Counted from the stretch's first letter, positions 1-10,386 are shown. The stretch is 52,907 nucleotides of DNA from Candidatus Ancaeobacter aquaticus (GCA_030765405.1 JAVCCP010000081.1:1-52907), one strand, 5' to 3'. Made by a program: numbers and translations. The notes: generated by a model from the sequence alone, not told the origin.

Positions 1-103
1 ATAATTCGTTGCCTTACTATGCGCTGAGTTCTGTACCGACCTGCTGGTTAGGCTTTAGTCGGGCTGGTTTTCCAGCTTGCTTACATTAGCTTTCTTGGCG
101 CAC

Positions 104-170
104 GGGACACCATACTAAATTATTTGAGGACCTAAGATTAAAAATAATAGATAATTTAGTATGGTGTCCC
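104..170. repeat. Perfect 20-bp inverted repeat with 27-nt spacer (REP/MITE-like hairpin)
   Basis: gggacaccatactaaattat (104-123) is the exact reverse complement of ataatttagtatggtgtccc (151-170). Confidence 0.9.
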
Positions 171-201
171 TGAATTACGTTCGAAATCTTCCTGTAAGGT
201 C

Positions 202-230
202 TTGACAATAGCCGGATTATAGTATATAAT
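202..230 (+). promoter_or_regulatory. sigma70-type promoter
   Basis: TTGACA (202-207), 17 nt, TATAAT (225-230): perfect consensus, 10 nt before the ATG at 241. Confidence 0.75.
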
Positions 231-240
231 ACAAAGTATT

Positions 241-3200
241 ATGAAATATTGTCTAATACTTCTTGTAAGTGTCCTTGCGTTTACATTAACAGGTGTGTCG
301 TTAAATTCCTTATCACCTAAAAAACCTGTTCCTGTACGACTCCACCCATTCGTGAAAAATGCGTTAAAAACGAAAGGATACCTCGCTAAGGATTCATTTT
401 TTAAAGGGCTGAAGGAGACTATAGAAGATCGTGACAAGATTTCTCTCAGTGATGATGATGTGTTTAATATCATTATGATTATTAAAAAATTAAATAATAC
501 TGCAGGTGTCCATAGTTCTCAAATAAAAGATGTTGTTCTTGAACTGAATCAATATCTCGAAAAATTTGATTCGAATAAATCTATGGTAGGTAAGATACAG
601 TTAGAAGAATTATTACTTCCTGTCATAGATGAAGCCGGAAAAAAACACTATGTGCCGATTGTATTTGTTTATTTAGGTAATAAAAGTGCGCTTGTATTTT
701 ACTTGATTCCTGATAAAGAAAGTGAAGCATTGGTTGAAACTGGAACAGCCGATATTGATTTAGATCGCGTCATTCCTGTGGATGATTTCGGGGTAAACAA
801 TATAAAAGTGGTGTTATTAACATCAAGAGATAGGCTCATTGCACAGGCTCTCAAGGAGGGAATCATTGAGCAAACAGTTAATAACCCTAGCCGAAAGCTC
901 GTCACTTCACAAACTTTACAAAAGGCATATGACGTATTGTCTTCAAAAGAACCGTATTATTGGAAAAAGGAAATATTTAAACTACTCAATTTACCGATAC
1001 CTAAATACCTTTCAGAAAAAGACGGCTGGAAAACATTCTTACACGATGTGTTAATAAAGAGTAATAGTCTCATTACGAATAAAAAATACACCCAGTTCGG
1101 TTTGGATGCAATGAAGATTAAAATATATACGGTTCGTGTTCCGTCTGAGCATGATGGTTTTGTGTATGAGGATGGGGCAACAAGATTAGTTTATCCACAT
1201 CTGTCCCTGAAGAAAAGCAAACATGGGTATTCTCAAGGTGAGTTGGAATTGTATCTTCCGGAATTTATCGTGGATAAAAAAAAGGATAAGGGAATATTCT
1301 ATCAATATAATATGGGCAATGTGCCAACCGAGGTATTGTTAGCGCAGATGATTGATAGAGCATTGGCTGTTGAGATATTTGGTCTTCCGGATTATTGGAT
1401 GGCAGTTGAGACTATTCGCCTTAATTTTAACGACTTTGTTGCAATAAGTGAAGTAATGCTCTACAAAATATGTTGTGCTAAAGAAGTAAACGATAATAAA
1501 TTTATCAAAAGATTTAATGATGAATATGCATCAGTAAAGACACCAAACGCTCGCATGAAATATATGATTGAACTTATGAACGATGAAGTTAATTTTTTAT
1601 GGGATAAGAAGCTCATGTTTCCCACTACAAGTGTTTCAAAAAGATCCTGGGATAAAGTGTTGACCAAAAAAGAATGTATAGAGCTTAGCAGTATACCTTT
1701 AATGAAAGATATCAAAAAGTTAATGAGTACGCAGAACAAGGATGAAAATCAAATTACTGATACTGCTTCGCAAATTATGCTTGAGATATTCGATAGAATA
1801 GAAAATGAATTTATAGATAAAAAACTGTTAAGTGAGATTCGTATGTACGCACGAAAATCGTTTATTGCTGTAAAAAAGAAAAAATACAGTACTGCAGTAT
1901 ATTTCTGGGGTAAATTAAGAAACAGAGAGTCGTGGCTTAAGTCGGGAAATAATATGGAGGTGGAAATAAGAGATAAAGTTCGCAACAGTAAGAATTTCAT
2001 GCTGTTAGACCTTCTCGGTAATTTTCTTGACTATCATTACGCGCAATACATCGAAATACATGGTGTTGCCTCATTAGAATCTATTGTAGGAAAAAATTAC
2101 ATGGTTGACGGTCAAATACGATTGATACGAAACGATAAAGAATTTAAGAAAGTATATAGTGATTTAAAGCCGTGGGAGATTATAGTGTTGCAATACATAC
2201 CAGTGCTTTACGAAGAGATAGCGAATGTTGGGGGGATAATAACCGGTAATGTTGGTGCTATACAGTCTCATGAAGCAACGCTTGCACGTGAGATGGGGAT
2301 TCCTGCCGCATCAATATACCATGCCCCGAAATTATTGGAACGACTAGACCGTAAGTGGGTAACATTTACCGTTTTTGGCGACACTGCTTCCATTGAACCA
2401 TTTATAGACGAAAGAAGGATTGAAGCGGCGATGAATGTCCCGCCAAGCGATACTGAAAGAAAAATTGAAATACCGTGCGTTTATGTTAGTTCACTCGTTA
2501 ACTATGTTAATGGCCTTGAGCAAATAGATTCTTTTGAAGAAGTAGGTAATAAGGCGTACAAACTGGCAGTCTTAAAAAGAAAACTGGATCTGCCAAAAGT
2601 GAGTGTTCCTGATGCAGATGCTGTCCTATTTTCAGCTTATCACAGATTTCTTAAGGAAAATCCTGAGCTCAAAAAATATATAGAGGATACTGTAGTAGGG
2701 ATTGAAACAAAAAACGAAGATGAAATGATGCGGAAACTTCAGAAAATACGCCAAAAAATAATAGACACACCTTTGCCGGAGCAATTACGTGAGGAAATAA
2801 CCAAAGGGTTGAAAGAAGGGGTGTTTAAGGATAAACAACCGGTTGCTGTCCGTTCGTCCACAAATGCTGAGGATTTACCGAATATGAGCGGTGCAGGATT
2901 GTATGAATCGTACCTAAATATTAAGACTCTTGACGAAATAATTGTGCATATAAAAAAGGTATGGGCGTCATTATGGAAACGGGAATCGTTTATGTGGAGA
3001 AAAGTTTTTGGCATTAATCATTTTGAGGTATATCCTGCTGTAATAATTCAAAAGATGGTTCCTGCGGATTTGTCGTTTGTTATATATACCGCAAATGTGC
3101 GGGGGAAAAAAGGGAAAAAGACTAATCAAGTGGTTATTGAGATGGTTGCCGGTATGGGTGAATCACTTGTTGGTGATGGGAGTCAGTACGTTGGGCATCC

Positions 3201-4707
3201 CGCACAATTCATATATGACAAAAAAAAGGATGCGTGTGTTTCAATAAAGCTTGGGGATCGAACAATAAAAGCGGTACCGGATAAAAAAGGAGGGCTTAAG
3301 ACTGTTCACGACGATACATTAAATAAAGATCGGTTAGAAAAGCTTGTCGGTTCTTCTCTCAGTGAGTTTGTCAGTAGGATCGGGAGAATAGCTGTTGAAG
3401 ATGAACTGATATTTGAAAAACCACAGGATATTGAGGCTGTCTATACTAATAAAGATGGTATTGATCAATTTGTCATAGTGCAATCTCGTGATATTGTCGG
3501 TTTTGATTATTATCCGGTACGTGACGATATTCTTATTAAAAAATACGGTGAAATGGTGGATAATATAGGGAAAGAAATGTTGCCCTACTTAGATAAAATG
3601 CATTCAACGGAAGAGTTTGCTGTGATCGAGGAAGTATTTCGTTATCCATTCCTTACGATGGAGGAAAGTGAATTTCGCTATCGCGTACCAATATTGAAGT
3701 ATATATTTCGCTATAAAAATATTGGGCCAAAGATCTTATCGCGCTTGTTATGGTATCCCATGGGTGGTCATAAAGATTATTGTGGCTGGCTGAAAGAGTT
3801 TTCTCCTCGTATGCTAGCAAAACTATTTACGTTGATGGTTGTTGATCTAAATAACGAAGAAATTAAAAAGATATTTAAGCTTAATGCTTATATGATTACA
3901 CGATCTATTGCTAATATGGGTGTAGAAAAGAGTAAAAAAATATTAAAGGACATTCGGGCAGAAAAGCTTGCAATGATTGTAAATGAAATAAATCATTACT
4001 ATGAAAACTTTGATAGAATTGTAATAAAAGAGAACAAGGTACAAGAAGTAGAGATGAGGGACGTTATTATCGCTATGATCAATGTTATGGGACACAATCA
4101 AAAGGCGCGGTTTCTGTCGTCATTAGAACCAGGTTCTAAAAACTGGCTTTTTCAGGGAGATGAAAAGATACTGATAGAGGGTAGTTCTATAGAGCATCCT
4201 GAGTTATCAATACTGATTTTAAGTGATAACCCAGAAGAGTGCTGGAATATTCTTGATGTTATCGAGGAAAAGAATATACACATGTGTGTGCCCGTTGATA
4301 AAAGGATAGAAGAGAATATTAGCAGTACTTCGGTAAAGAGGGCTGTGAAACGCATAGACCCTTTTATTATAGTCCTTGACGTTAGTGGATGGAAAGCTGA
4401 TGATCCAGGTTCAGGTAAACCGGTAATCGATTTTCTTTATTGGTTAAAGAGAGCTAAATTACGTTCTCAAGTAATTCTTATTGCTCGTAAGGGAATTCAA
4501 ATACCTTCTTCTTTTTATGATGATTATGGAGTAACAGAAGTTATTGAAAAGGATGACATATTTTTAGAAAAAGTGCCTGCCGCAATTACGAGTATTATTA
4601 ATGAAATCAAGCAATCGGAATTTTATGCAAAGGTCTATCCCCGTTCGTTGCAATTAGAAATAGATGATCATGATATGCGTAGAGAAAAGTTTGATGATCG
4701 ATCATGA
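241..4707 (+). CDS. Large signal-peptide protein with phosphohistidine swivel domain, PEP/pyruvate-binding (PPDK_N) ATP-grasp domain and C-terminal receiver-like domain
   Basis: Hydrophobic N-terminus MKYCLILLVSVLAFTLTG; GGIITGNVGAIQSHEATLAREMGIPA (His swivel); VGNKAYKL, VAVRSSTNAEDLPNMSGAGLYESY, AVIIQKMV, QDIE, VQSRDI (PPDK_N); ILILSD...IIVLD...VILIA...VIEK (REC-like). Confidence 0.85.
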   Translation: MKYCLILLVSVLAFTLTGVSLNSLSPKKPVPVRLHPFVKNALKTKGYLAKDSFFKGLKETIEDRDKISLSDDDVFNIIMIIKKLNNTAGVHSSQIKDVVLELNQYLEKFDSNKSMVGKIQLEELLLPVIDEAGKKHYVPIVFVYLGNKSALVFYLIPDKESEALVETGTADIDLDRVIPVDDFGVNNIKVVLLTSRDRLIAQALKEGIIEQTVNNPSRKLVTSQTLQKAYDVLSSKEPYYWKKEIFKLLNLPIPKYLSEKDGWKTFLHDVLIKSNSLITNKKYTQFGLDAMKIKIYTVRVPSEHDGFVYEDGATRLVYPHLSLKKSKHGYSQGELELYLPEFIVDKKKDKGIFYQYNMGNVPTEVLLAQMIDRALAVEIFGLPDYWMAVETIRLNFNDFVAISEVMLYKICCAKEVNDNKFIKRFNDEYASVKTPNARMKYMIELMNDEVNFLWDKKLMFPTTSVSKRSWDKVLTKKECIELSSIPLMKDIKKLMSTQNKDENQITDTASQIMLEIFDRIENEFIDKKLLSEIRMYARKSFIAVKKKKYSTAVYFWGKLRNRESWLKSGNNMEVEIRDKVRNSKNFMLLDLLGNFLDYHYAQYIEIHGVASLESIVGKNYMVDGQIRLIRNDKEFKKVYSDLKPWEIIVLQYIPVLYEEIANVGGIITGNVGAIQSHEATLAREMGIPAASIYHAPKLLERLDRKWVTFTVFGDTASIEPFIDERRIEAAMNVPPSDTERKIEIPCVYVSSLVNYVNGLEQIDSFEEVGNKAYKLAVLKRKLDLPKVSVPDADAVLFSAYHRFLKENPELKKYIEDTVVGIETKNEDEMMRKLQKIRQKIIDTPLPEQLREEITKGLKEGVFKDKQPVAVRSSTNAEDLPNMSGAGLYESYLNIKTLDEIIVHIKKVWASLWKRESFMWRKVFGINHFEVYPAVIIQKMVPADLSFVIYTANVRGKKGKKTNQVVIEMVAGMGESLVGDGSQYVGHPAQFIYDKKKDACVSIKLGDRTIKAVPDKKGGLKTVHDDTLNKDRLEKLVGSSLSEFVSRIGRIAVEDELIFEKPQDIEAVYTNKDGIDQFVIVQSRDIVGFDYYPVRDDILIKKYGEMVDNIGKEMLPYLDKMHSTEEFAVIEEVFRYPFLTMEESEFRYRVPILKYIFRYKNIGPKILSRLLWYPMGGHKDYCGWLKEFSPRMLAKLFTLMVVDLNNEEIKKIFKLNAYMITRSIANMGVEKSKKILKDIRAEKLAMIVNEINHYYENFDRIVIKENKVQEVEMRDVIIAMINVMGHNQKARFLSSLEPGSKNWLFQGDEKILIEGSSIEHPELSILILSDNPEECWNILDVIEEKNIHMCVPVDKRIEENISSTSVKRAVKRIDPFIIVLDVSGWKADDPGSGKPVIDFLYWLKRAKLRSQVILIARKGIQIPSSFYDDYGVTEVIEKDDIFLEKVPAAITSIINEIKQSEFYAKVYPRSLQLEIDDHDMRREKFDDRS

Positions 4708-4800
4708 TATTTCGCAAGTTTATTCTCAAAAGGGTAGTTAAAGACACATGAAATATCAACATAGCATATATGTTGCTTGAGCTGTGATGCTGTTTAAAAA

Positions 4801-4884
4801 TGCCAGAGGTCGGAATCGAACCGACACGTCCTTGCGAACGGAGGATTTTGAGTCCTCTGCGTCTACCAATTTCACCACTCTGGC
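4801..4884 (-). tRNA. tRNA-Leu (CAA)
   Basis: Minus strand GCCAGAGTGGTGAAATTGGTAGACGCAGAGGACTCAAAATCCTCCGTTCGCAAGGACGTGTCGGTTCGATTCCGACCTCTGGCA; anticodon stem GAGGA/TCCTC with CAA, long variable arm, CCA not encoded. Confidence 0.97.
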
Positions 4885-4970
4885 ATATATCTACGTAATG
4901 AGTATATGAAATTATCAAAATGTATGGTCTATTGCAAGATAATTGTACTCTAATACCTGTGTAATAATAA

Positions 4971-5414
4971 TTAATTATATTTTCTTCTAAAGTTTTTGAG
5001 TGATTGAGGAGGGGATAGTATCTGAGACATAATAATGCCTTGGGTAATAGGATCCTCGCCCTTTAGGATAGTGTCAAGAGTAGATTCAGCTTCCGGGGAA
5101 ATAGAATCTATGTGTGATAGTGCGGGTGTAGGTTTCTCGTGAATATCTTTTTTTTGATATGTTTCGGTAATCTGTGAGGAATCAATCCATTCTGGTTGTG
5201 GTCGGGGAGTCGGAAAACCAAATCGTAACTCATTACGTTCTTTTTGAATCCTTTCGGTATTAATATCATCTACTTCAATGGGTTTAGGTGTAGCGGTGGA
5301 TCGAACGTTAAGTTTACCCTGAGATTTAAGGTTTTTTATTGTTCTTATAATTGAAGTGACAAAGCTAAATATTGCAAATAATATAAATAAATAGATTAGT
5401 GGTTCAAAAGACAT
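4971..5414 (-). CDS. Hypothetical membrane-anchored protein, YqfB-like position after floA
   Basis: N-terminal TM; C-terminal ITQGIIMSQILSPP resembles the tail of proteins encoded after floA/yqfA; operon context. Confidence 0.7.
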   Translation of the reverse strand: MSFEPLIYLFILFAIFSFVTSIIRTIKNLKSQGKLNVRSTATPKPIEVDDINTERIQKERNELRFGFPTPRPQPEWIDSSQITETYQKKDIHEKPTPALSHIDSISPEAESTLDTILKGEDPITQGIIMSQILSPPQSLKNFRRKYN

Positions 5415-5450
5415 ATATACCTATAAAAAAATAAAGTTATTATCTACGTA

Positions 5451-6455
5451 TTAATTTTGATGAGGTTTGCCCTTATCTTTTTCTTTATCTTTGTTTGCTA
5501 TTGTTTCTCTCATTGATGTGTCTGCCATAACGTTTTTTAAATTGTAATAGTCCATTATGCCAAGATTCCCTTCATGGAATGCGTGCGCGATTGATTTAGG
5601 GATTTCAGCTTCAGCTTCAATAACTTTTGCACGCATCTCCTGAACGCGAGCTTTCATCTCCTGCTCTGTCGCAACTGCCGCAGCTCTACGTGTTTCAGCG
5701 ATTGCTTGTGCGACACGTTTATCCGCTTCAGCTTGATCTGTTTGTAATTTAGCTCCTATGTTAGCTCCAATATCAACATCAGCAATATCTATTGAAAGGA
5801 TTTCAAATGCTGTTCCGGAATCGAGTCCTTTTTCAAGCACCATTTTAGAGATTTTATCAGGGTTCTCTAGAACCTCTTTGTGAGTGACTGCAGATCCGAT
5901 AGTAGTAACGATCCCTTCCCCAACACGGGCAATGATAGTTTCTTCGGTTGCCCCGCCAACAAGCCGGTCAATATTTGTGCGTACTGTTACCCGTGCTTTT
6001 GCTCTCACCTGAATACCATTTTTAGCAATGCCGTCTATTGTATCCCTGCCTTTTGTAGGGTCAGGGCAGTCAATTACTTTGGGGTTCACGCTCATATGTA
6101 CGGCAGACAAAACGTCTCGTCCAGCAAGATCAATTGCCGCTGCTTGTTTAAAAGCAAGTTTAATATTTGCTTTATCGGCTGAAATTAATGCACGTACTAC
6201 ATTTGTAACACTTCCTCCAGCAAGAAAATGTGCTTCAAGATCATTTGTTGTTATCTCTATACCTGCTTTTGTAGCCATGATTGATCCATCAATAATGATA
6301 GTAGGGGGTATGTTTCTCAATTTCATTCCGATAAGATTTGGGATGCTTACATGAGCACCGGATGCGAGTGCCCTAATCCAGAGTTTGATAAAATAAAAGA
6401 AAACAAATATAAAAATGATTGATACGGCAAGAATAAGTCCCATGAATACTTGCAT
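5451..6455 (-). CDS. floA: Flotillin-like protein FloA (YqfA, UPF0365)
   Basis: [62 protein letters not shown] motifs. Confidence 0.95.
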   Translation of the reverse strand: MQVFMGLILAVSIIFIFVFFYFIKLWIRALASGAHVSIPNLIGMKLRNIPPTIIIDGSIMATKAGIEITTNDLEAHFLAGGSVTNVVRALISADKANIKLAFKQAAAIDLAGRDVLSAVHMSVNPKVIDCPDPTKGRDTIDGIAKNGIQVRAKARVTVRTNIDRLVGGATEETIIARVGEGIVTTIGSAVTHKEVLENPDKISKMVLEKGLDSGTAFEILSIDIADVDIGANIGAKLQTDQAEADKRVAQAIAETRRAAAVATEQEMKARVQEMRAKVIEAEAEIPKSIAHAFHEGNLGIMDYYNLKNVMADTSMRETIANKDKEKDKGKPHQN

Positions 6456-6472
6456 GTAAAATCCTCCTTGTG

Positions 6473-6937
6473 TTAGATTTTCTTTACAATAACCTTGTTA
6501 TTTTTAATCGAAATAACCATGATTTTTGATCCGCGTTCAATATATTCAGCGTCACTTACAACATCAATACGTTCACCTTGAATTTCAGCTATTCCTGATG
6601 GCCTTAAAAAACTAATGGCTAATCCCTCTTGATGTAAGAGAGGGGATAAATCTTTTTGTCGCGGGGAATAATTAGATTCTGATGTTTGCAAGGTAAGCGA
6701 ACGGCCCAGTTTAGTTTTTGGGAACAATTTGCTCGCAATAAATATTGCAAGACTCGTAATAACGATCGTTCCTCCGAGATAATATGTTCCTACTTCTGTT
6801 CCAAGTGACATGTAACACATTATGATAGAGACTATTATACATATTGTTCCGATGATTCCACATATCATACCTGGTAAAAAAATCTCAGCGCACAAAAATA
6901 TCAAACCAACAATTAGTAAAATAAGAATAATATTCAT
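6473..6937 (-). CDS. nfeD: Short NfeD-family protein (TM helices plus C-terminal OB-fold)
   Basis: AEIFLPG-GI motif in TMs; [27 protein letters not shown]-terminal NfeD motif. Confidence 0.85.
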   Translation of the reverse strand: MNIILILLIVGLIFLCAEIFLPGMICGIIGTICIIVSIIMCYMSLGTEVGTYYLGGTIVITSLAIFIASKLFPKTKLGRSLTLQTSESNYSPRQKDLSPLLHQEGLAISFLRPSGIAEIQGERIDVVSDAEYIERGSKIMVISIKNNKVIVKKI

Positions 6938-6945
6938 GTGTATAA

Positions 6946-8301
6946 TTATACCTTTTTTACAATTATTTTGTTACCACTTATTTCAATAATCTTTATAGGT
7001 GATCCTTTATCGACATGATCGCCGTCAGTTATAACTTCATAGTTCTTATCATTAAATAGACCTTTGCCCGTCGGTCGTAATGTAGTGTGAGCTTTACCGA
7101 TGTCTCCACAGCTCAGTGGAAGCGGCGGTTCAGACGAACGGTAACCAGAAATAGAATTTTCGCTGTTGGTTAAAATGATTCCATGCCCGAATACTGTTTT
7201 GGGTAAAATGTACCTAAAGATAATAATCGAGAGAAATATCCCGAAAAAAAGTGATGACCCGATGATAGTAACTGCCTGCCATATATGATCATGAGGAATA
7301 GGTAGATTTGGTATTGGTCGTTTTATCAGTGCGAGAAAAATGCCTGTTATAATGAGAGTGAATCCTCCTATACCAGCAATGCCAAAGCCAGGTATAATGA
7401 ATATTTCAAGTATGATGAGGGTAAGCCCGATAGCAAACAAAATAATATCGATCCAGTTTGCCATTCCTACAAGGTAGTGCGCAAAAAAGAAACAGAGAAT
7501 ACATGCGATCCCAAAAATCCCAGGAATACCAAAACCAGGGGATTTGATTTCAACAATGATTCCCATTATTCCAAGAGTAAGAAGTATCGAACTCAGAATG
7601 GGGTGAGTGAGCATGCGTACAAGATTTTCCGCCCAGTTTGCTTTCATCGTTATGTGTGTATAGTTTTTCATCTCTAAACGTTTAAGAATGTCAGAAACCG
7701 AAGAACTTTTAAAACGTGCAAGTTTCCAAGTAACAGATTCGTTGGCAGTAAGCGTTAGTAATTTACCTTTATCTGAAAGACCTTCTATTACAATATCTTG
7801 ATCAACAAATGCTTCTGCGATACGAGGTGGGTGTCCATTCATTTCCGCGGTTGATTTAAATTCTGTACGTAAAAAAGACACTACTTTTTCATCAACAGTA
7901 CCTGGAGACTGGCTAAATCCCATCTTAATTGGTTTTGCAGCACCAATAGTTCCACCAGGCGCAATTATTATTGTTTTGGTGGCTAGTGCAATAAGTGCAC
8001 CGGCAGATATTGCTCTCTTATTGATAAAGGCGATAGTCTTTAACTGCGAATCAATGATTGAATCACGTATTTTAATAGCCGCATCAACCCGACCGCCTAA
8101 AGTATCAATTTTTAAGATAATTGTTTCACAGTTGGCTTTTTTTGCTTCATGTATTGATCTATCAACAAAGCCCGCAAGACCGAGATCAATCGTTCCTTTT
8201 ATTGGAATTTCATAGAGTGTTTTAGTATCGTCAGACTGAGATGTCTGACAAAGAGCTAGAATCATTAAAAAGGATAGTATAAATAAAGAATACTTTTTCA
8301 T
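6946..8301 (-). CDS. nfeD: Full-length NfeD (ClpP-class serine protease, TM and OB-fold domains; YqeZ-like)
   Basis: IDTLGGRVDAA, AISAGALIALA, PGGTIGAA protease motifs; EIKSPGFGIPG TM motif; LRPTGKG C-terminus. Confidence 0.92.
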   Translation of the reverse strand: MKKYSLFILSFLMILALCQTSQSDDTKTLYEIPIKGTIDLGLAGFVDRSIHEAKKANCETIILKIDTLGGRVDAAIKIRDSIIDSQLKTIAFINKRAISAGALIALATKTIIIAPGGTIGAAKPIKMGFSQSPGTVDEKVVSFLRTEFKSTAEMNGHPPRIAEAFVDQDIVIEGLSDKGKLLTLTANESVTWKLARFKSSSVSDILKRLEMKNYTHITMKANWAENLVRMLTHPILSSILLTLGIMGIIVEIKSPGFGIPGIFGIACILCFFFAHYLVGMANWIDIILFAIGLTLIILEIFIIPGFGIAGIGGFTLIITGIFLALIKRPIPNLPIPHDHIWQAVTIIGSSLFFGIFLSIIIFRYILPKTVFGHGIILTNSENSISGYRSSEPPLPLSCGDIGKAHTTLRPTGKGLFNDKNYEVITDGDHVDKGSPIKIIEISGNKIIVKKV

Positions 8302-8482
8302 AAGTTTAATCCAGTATATCTTGGTTCTTTAATAAAGTAAATAGTGAGACTCGAAAATTACAAGCTGAAAGATTAGTAAGTTTCGTTAGTACCTTTAGGT
8401 TACATCCTTAATATTTAATCTTTTCTACAGGGCCTAATTGTTATAGTATATAAATAGTTTTTAACCATTATGAGGGTTTATT

Positions 8483-8986
8483 ATGCTATCAATAGATGGA
8501 ATTATTACAAAGCTTAGTCTGAAACCTCACCGTACAGAAGGTGGGTATTTCGCTGAAATATATCGATCAAGTGAATGTATTGGAGAGGGAGATCTGCCCC
8601 AGAGATATTCAGGAAAAAGAACATTTTCAACTGCGATATATTATCTCATAACAAAAGAATCATTTTCTAAGATGCATAGATTGCAATCGGATGAAGTCTT
8701 TCATTTCTATATGGGTGATCCGGTAGAGATGTTGCAGATAAAACCTGATGGGGTCGGAGAAATTGTGATTATTGGTAAGGACTTAATGAATAATGAAAAA
8801 CCTCAAGTTGTTGTAGCGCGTAATATGTGGCAAGGTGCACGCCTTTGTGAAGGCGGAAAGTATGCGTTGTTAGGAACAACAGTTGCCCCTAGTTTTGAAT
8901 TTATTGATTATGAAGATGGTGACAGAGATACTCTCATTAAGCTATGTCCTGCATATGAAGAAAATATTAAACGTCTTACGCCTTAG
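8483..8986 (+). CDS. Cupin_5 (DUF985) family protein
   Basis: LKPHRTEGGYFAEIYRS, STAIYYL, HRLQSDEVFHFYMGDP, GTTVAPSFEF. Confidence 0.9.
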   Translation: MLSIDGIITKLSLKPHRTEGGYFAEIYRSSECIGEGDLPQRYSGKRTFSTAIYYLITKESFSKMHRLQSDEVFHFYMGDPVEMLQIKPDGVGEIVIIGKDLMNNEKPQVVVARNMWQGARLCEGGKYALLGTTVAPSFEFIDYEDGDRDTLIKLCPAYEENIKRLTP

Positions 8987-9007
8987 TACGAATAACGGAG
9001 AAATCGA

Positions 9008-10318
9008 ATGGATGTCTATAATATCATAAGTTTTAGCGGGATATTTGTGCTTATTGGTTTCGCATGGCTTTTGTCAGCACACAAAAAAAATATGAATTGG
9101 CGTGTTGTATTTTGGGGGATAATTATTCAGCTTTGTTTTGCGGTATTTATCTTTATGGTCCCAGCCGGAACAAAGATGTTTTTCTTTTTAAATGAGATGG
9201 TAATAAAATTACTTAATTCCGCTTCGGCTGGTTCACGGTTTCTTTTTGGCCGTTTGGCTTTACCTCCTGGAACAACAGCTGAAACCGGAGAAACATCCCT
9301 TGGATTTTTTCTTGCCTTTCAGGCATTCCCAACAATTATCTTTTTTTCAGCGTTGATGTCAATATTGTACTTCTTTAACATTATGCCGCGGATAATAAGA
9401 GGTTTCTCATATATTTTTACGAAGCTTATGAAAGTATCAGGTGCTGAGTCGTTATGTGTTGCAAGTAATATTTTTGTTGGTATTGAGTCAGCGCTTACTG
9501 TGCGCCCATATCTTAATGAAATGACAAAATCTGAGCTGTGCACATTATTAACTGCAGGAATGACAACGGTTTCATCAAATGTTATGGCAGTGTATGTGTT
9601 TAGTTTACATGATTATTTTCCGTCTATTGCGGGACATCTCATATCCGCATCGCTCCTATCTGCTCCTGCAGCACTCATTATGTCTAAGGTTCTATTACCT
9701 GAAACGGGCACACCTGTGACTCTTGGTATGACTGTTGCTCCGCATTATGAGAAGGAGAGTAATGTTTTTGAAGCAATTATTAATGGTGCAGGAGCGGGAG
9801 TAAAGCTTATCGTTGGTATTGTTGCATTACTTTTAGCTATTTTGGGATTAGTTGCCATGCTTGATTTGATCCTTGGTTTTGTGGGGACACAAGTAAATGC
9901 TGTTTTTGGGACAGCAATAAAGTTAAGTTTAAAGAATATATTAGGGATGGTGTTTTATCCTTTTACCATTATATTAGGTGTTCCTGCACATGATGCGGGT
10001 ATAATATCCAAGATAATCGGAGAGCGATCAATCCTGACAGAAGTTACTGCCTATCAGGATCTGGCCATGGCAATAAAAGGGAACTTATTGCAAAGTCCTC
10101 GTTCGGCGGTAATATGCACCTATGCATTGTGCGGTTTTGCGCATGTTGCCTCAATGGCGATATTTATAGGCGGTGTTGCGGCAATCGCTCCCAGTAAAAC
10201 AAAAGAGTTGTCACAAGTCGGTTTTCGCGCGCTTGTCGCTGCAACCTTGGCATGTCTAATGACCGCATGTATAGCAGGTACATTTTTCACACAGGGGTCA
10301 ATTCTTTTAGGAAAGTAA
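9008..10318 (+). CDS. nupC: Concentrative nucleoside transporter (NupC/CNT family)
   Basis: FFLAFQAFPTIIFFSALMSILY, ASNIFVG, TYALCGFAH motifs; many TMs. Confidence 0.92.
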   Translation: MDVYNIISFSGIFVLIGFAWLLSAHKKNMNWRVVFWGIIIQLCFAVFIFMVPAGTKMFFFLNEMVIKLLNSASAGSRFLFGRLALPPGTTAETGETSLGFFLAFQAFPTIIFFSALMSILYFFNIMPRIIRGFSYIFTKLMKVSGAESLCVASNIFVGIESALTVRPYLNEMTKSELCTLLTAGMTTVSSNVMAVYVFSLHDYFPSIAGHLISASLLSAPAALIMSKVLLPETGTPVTLGMTVAPHYEKESNVFEAIINGAGAGVKLIVGIVALLLAILGLVAMLDLILGFVGTQVNAVFGTAIKLSLKNILGMVFYPFTIILGVPAHDAGIISKIIGERSILTEVTAYQDLAMAIKGNLLQSPRSAVICTYALCGFAHVASMAIFIGGVAAIAPSKTKELSQVGFRALVAATLACLMTACIAGTFFTQGSILLGK

Positions 10319-10330
10319 AAAAACTGCTAT

Positions 10331-10354
10331 AAGCTGTAAGTTGTAAGCTTTAAG
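10331..10354. repeat. 24-bp heptamer-built direct repeat, copy 1
   Basis: aagctgtaagttgtaagctttaag is identical at 10331-10354 and 10681-10704. Confidence 0.9.
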
Positions 10355-10386
10355 AAACGAGATACGATTCACGAGATACGAAAAAA

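Noticed and set aside
1191..1199. Perfect DnaA box TTATCCACA
   Set aside because: Isolated and inside a coding region; expected by chance in AT-rich DNA.
4607..4918. 103-aa minus-strand ORF
   Set aside because: It reads through tRNA-Leu and overlaps the end of the large CDS; an artefact.
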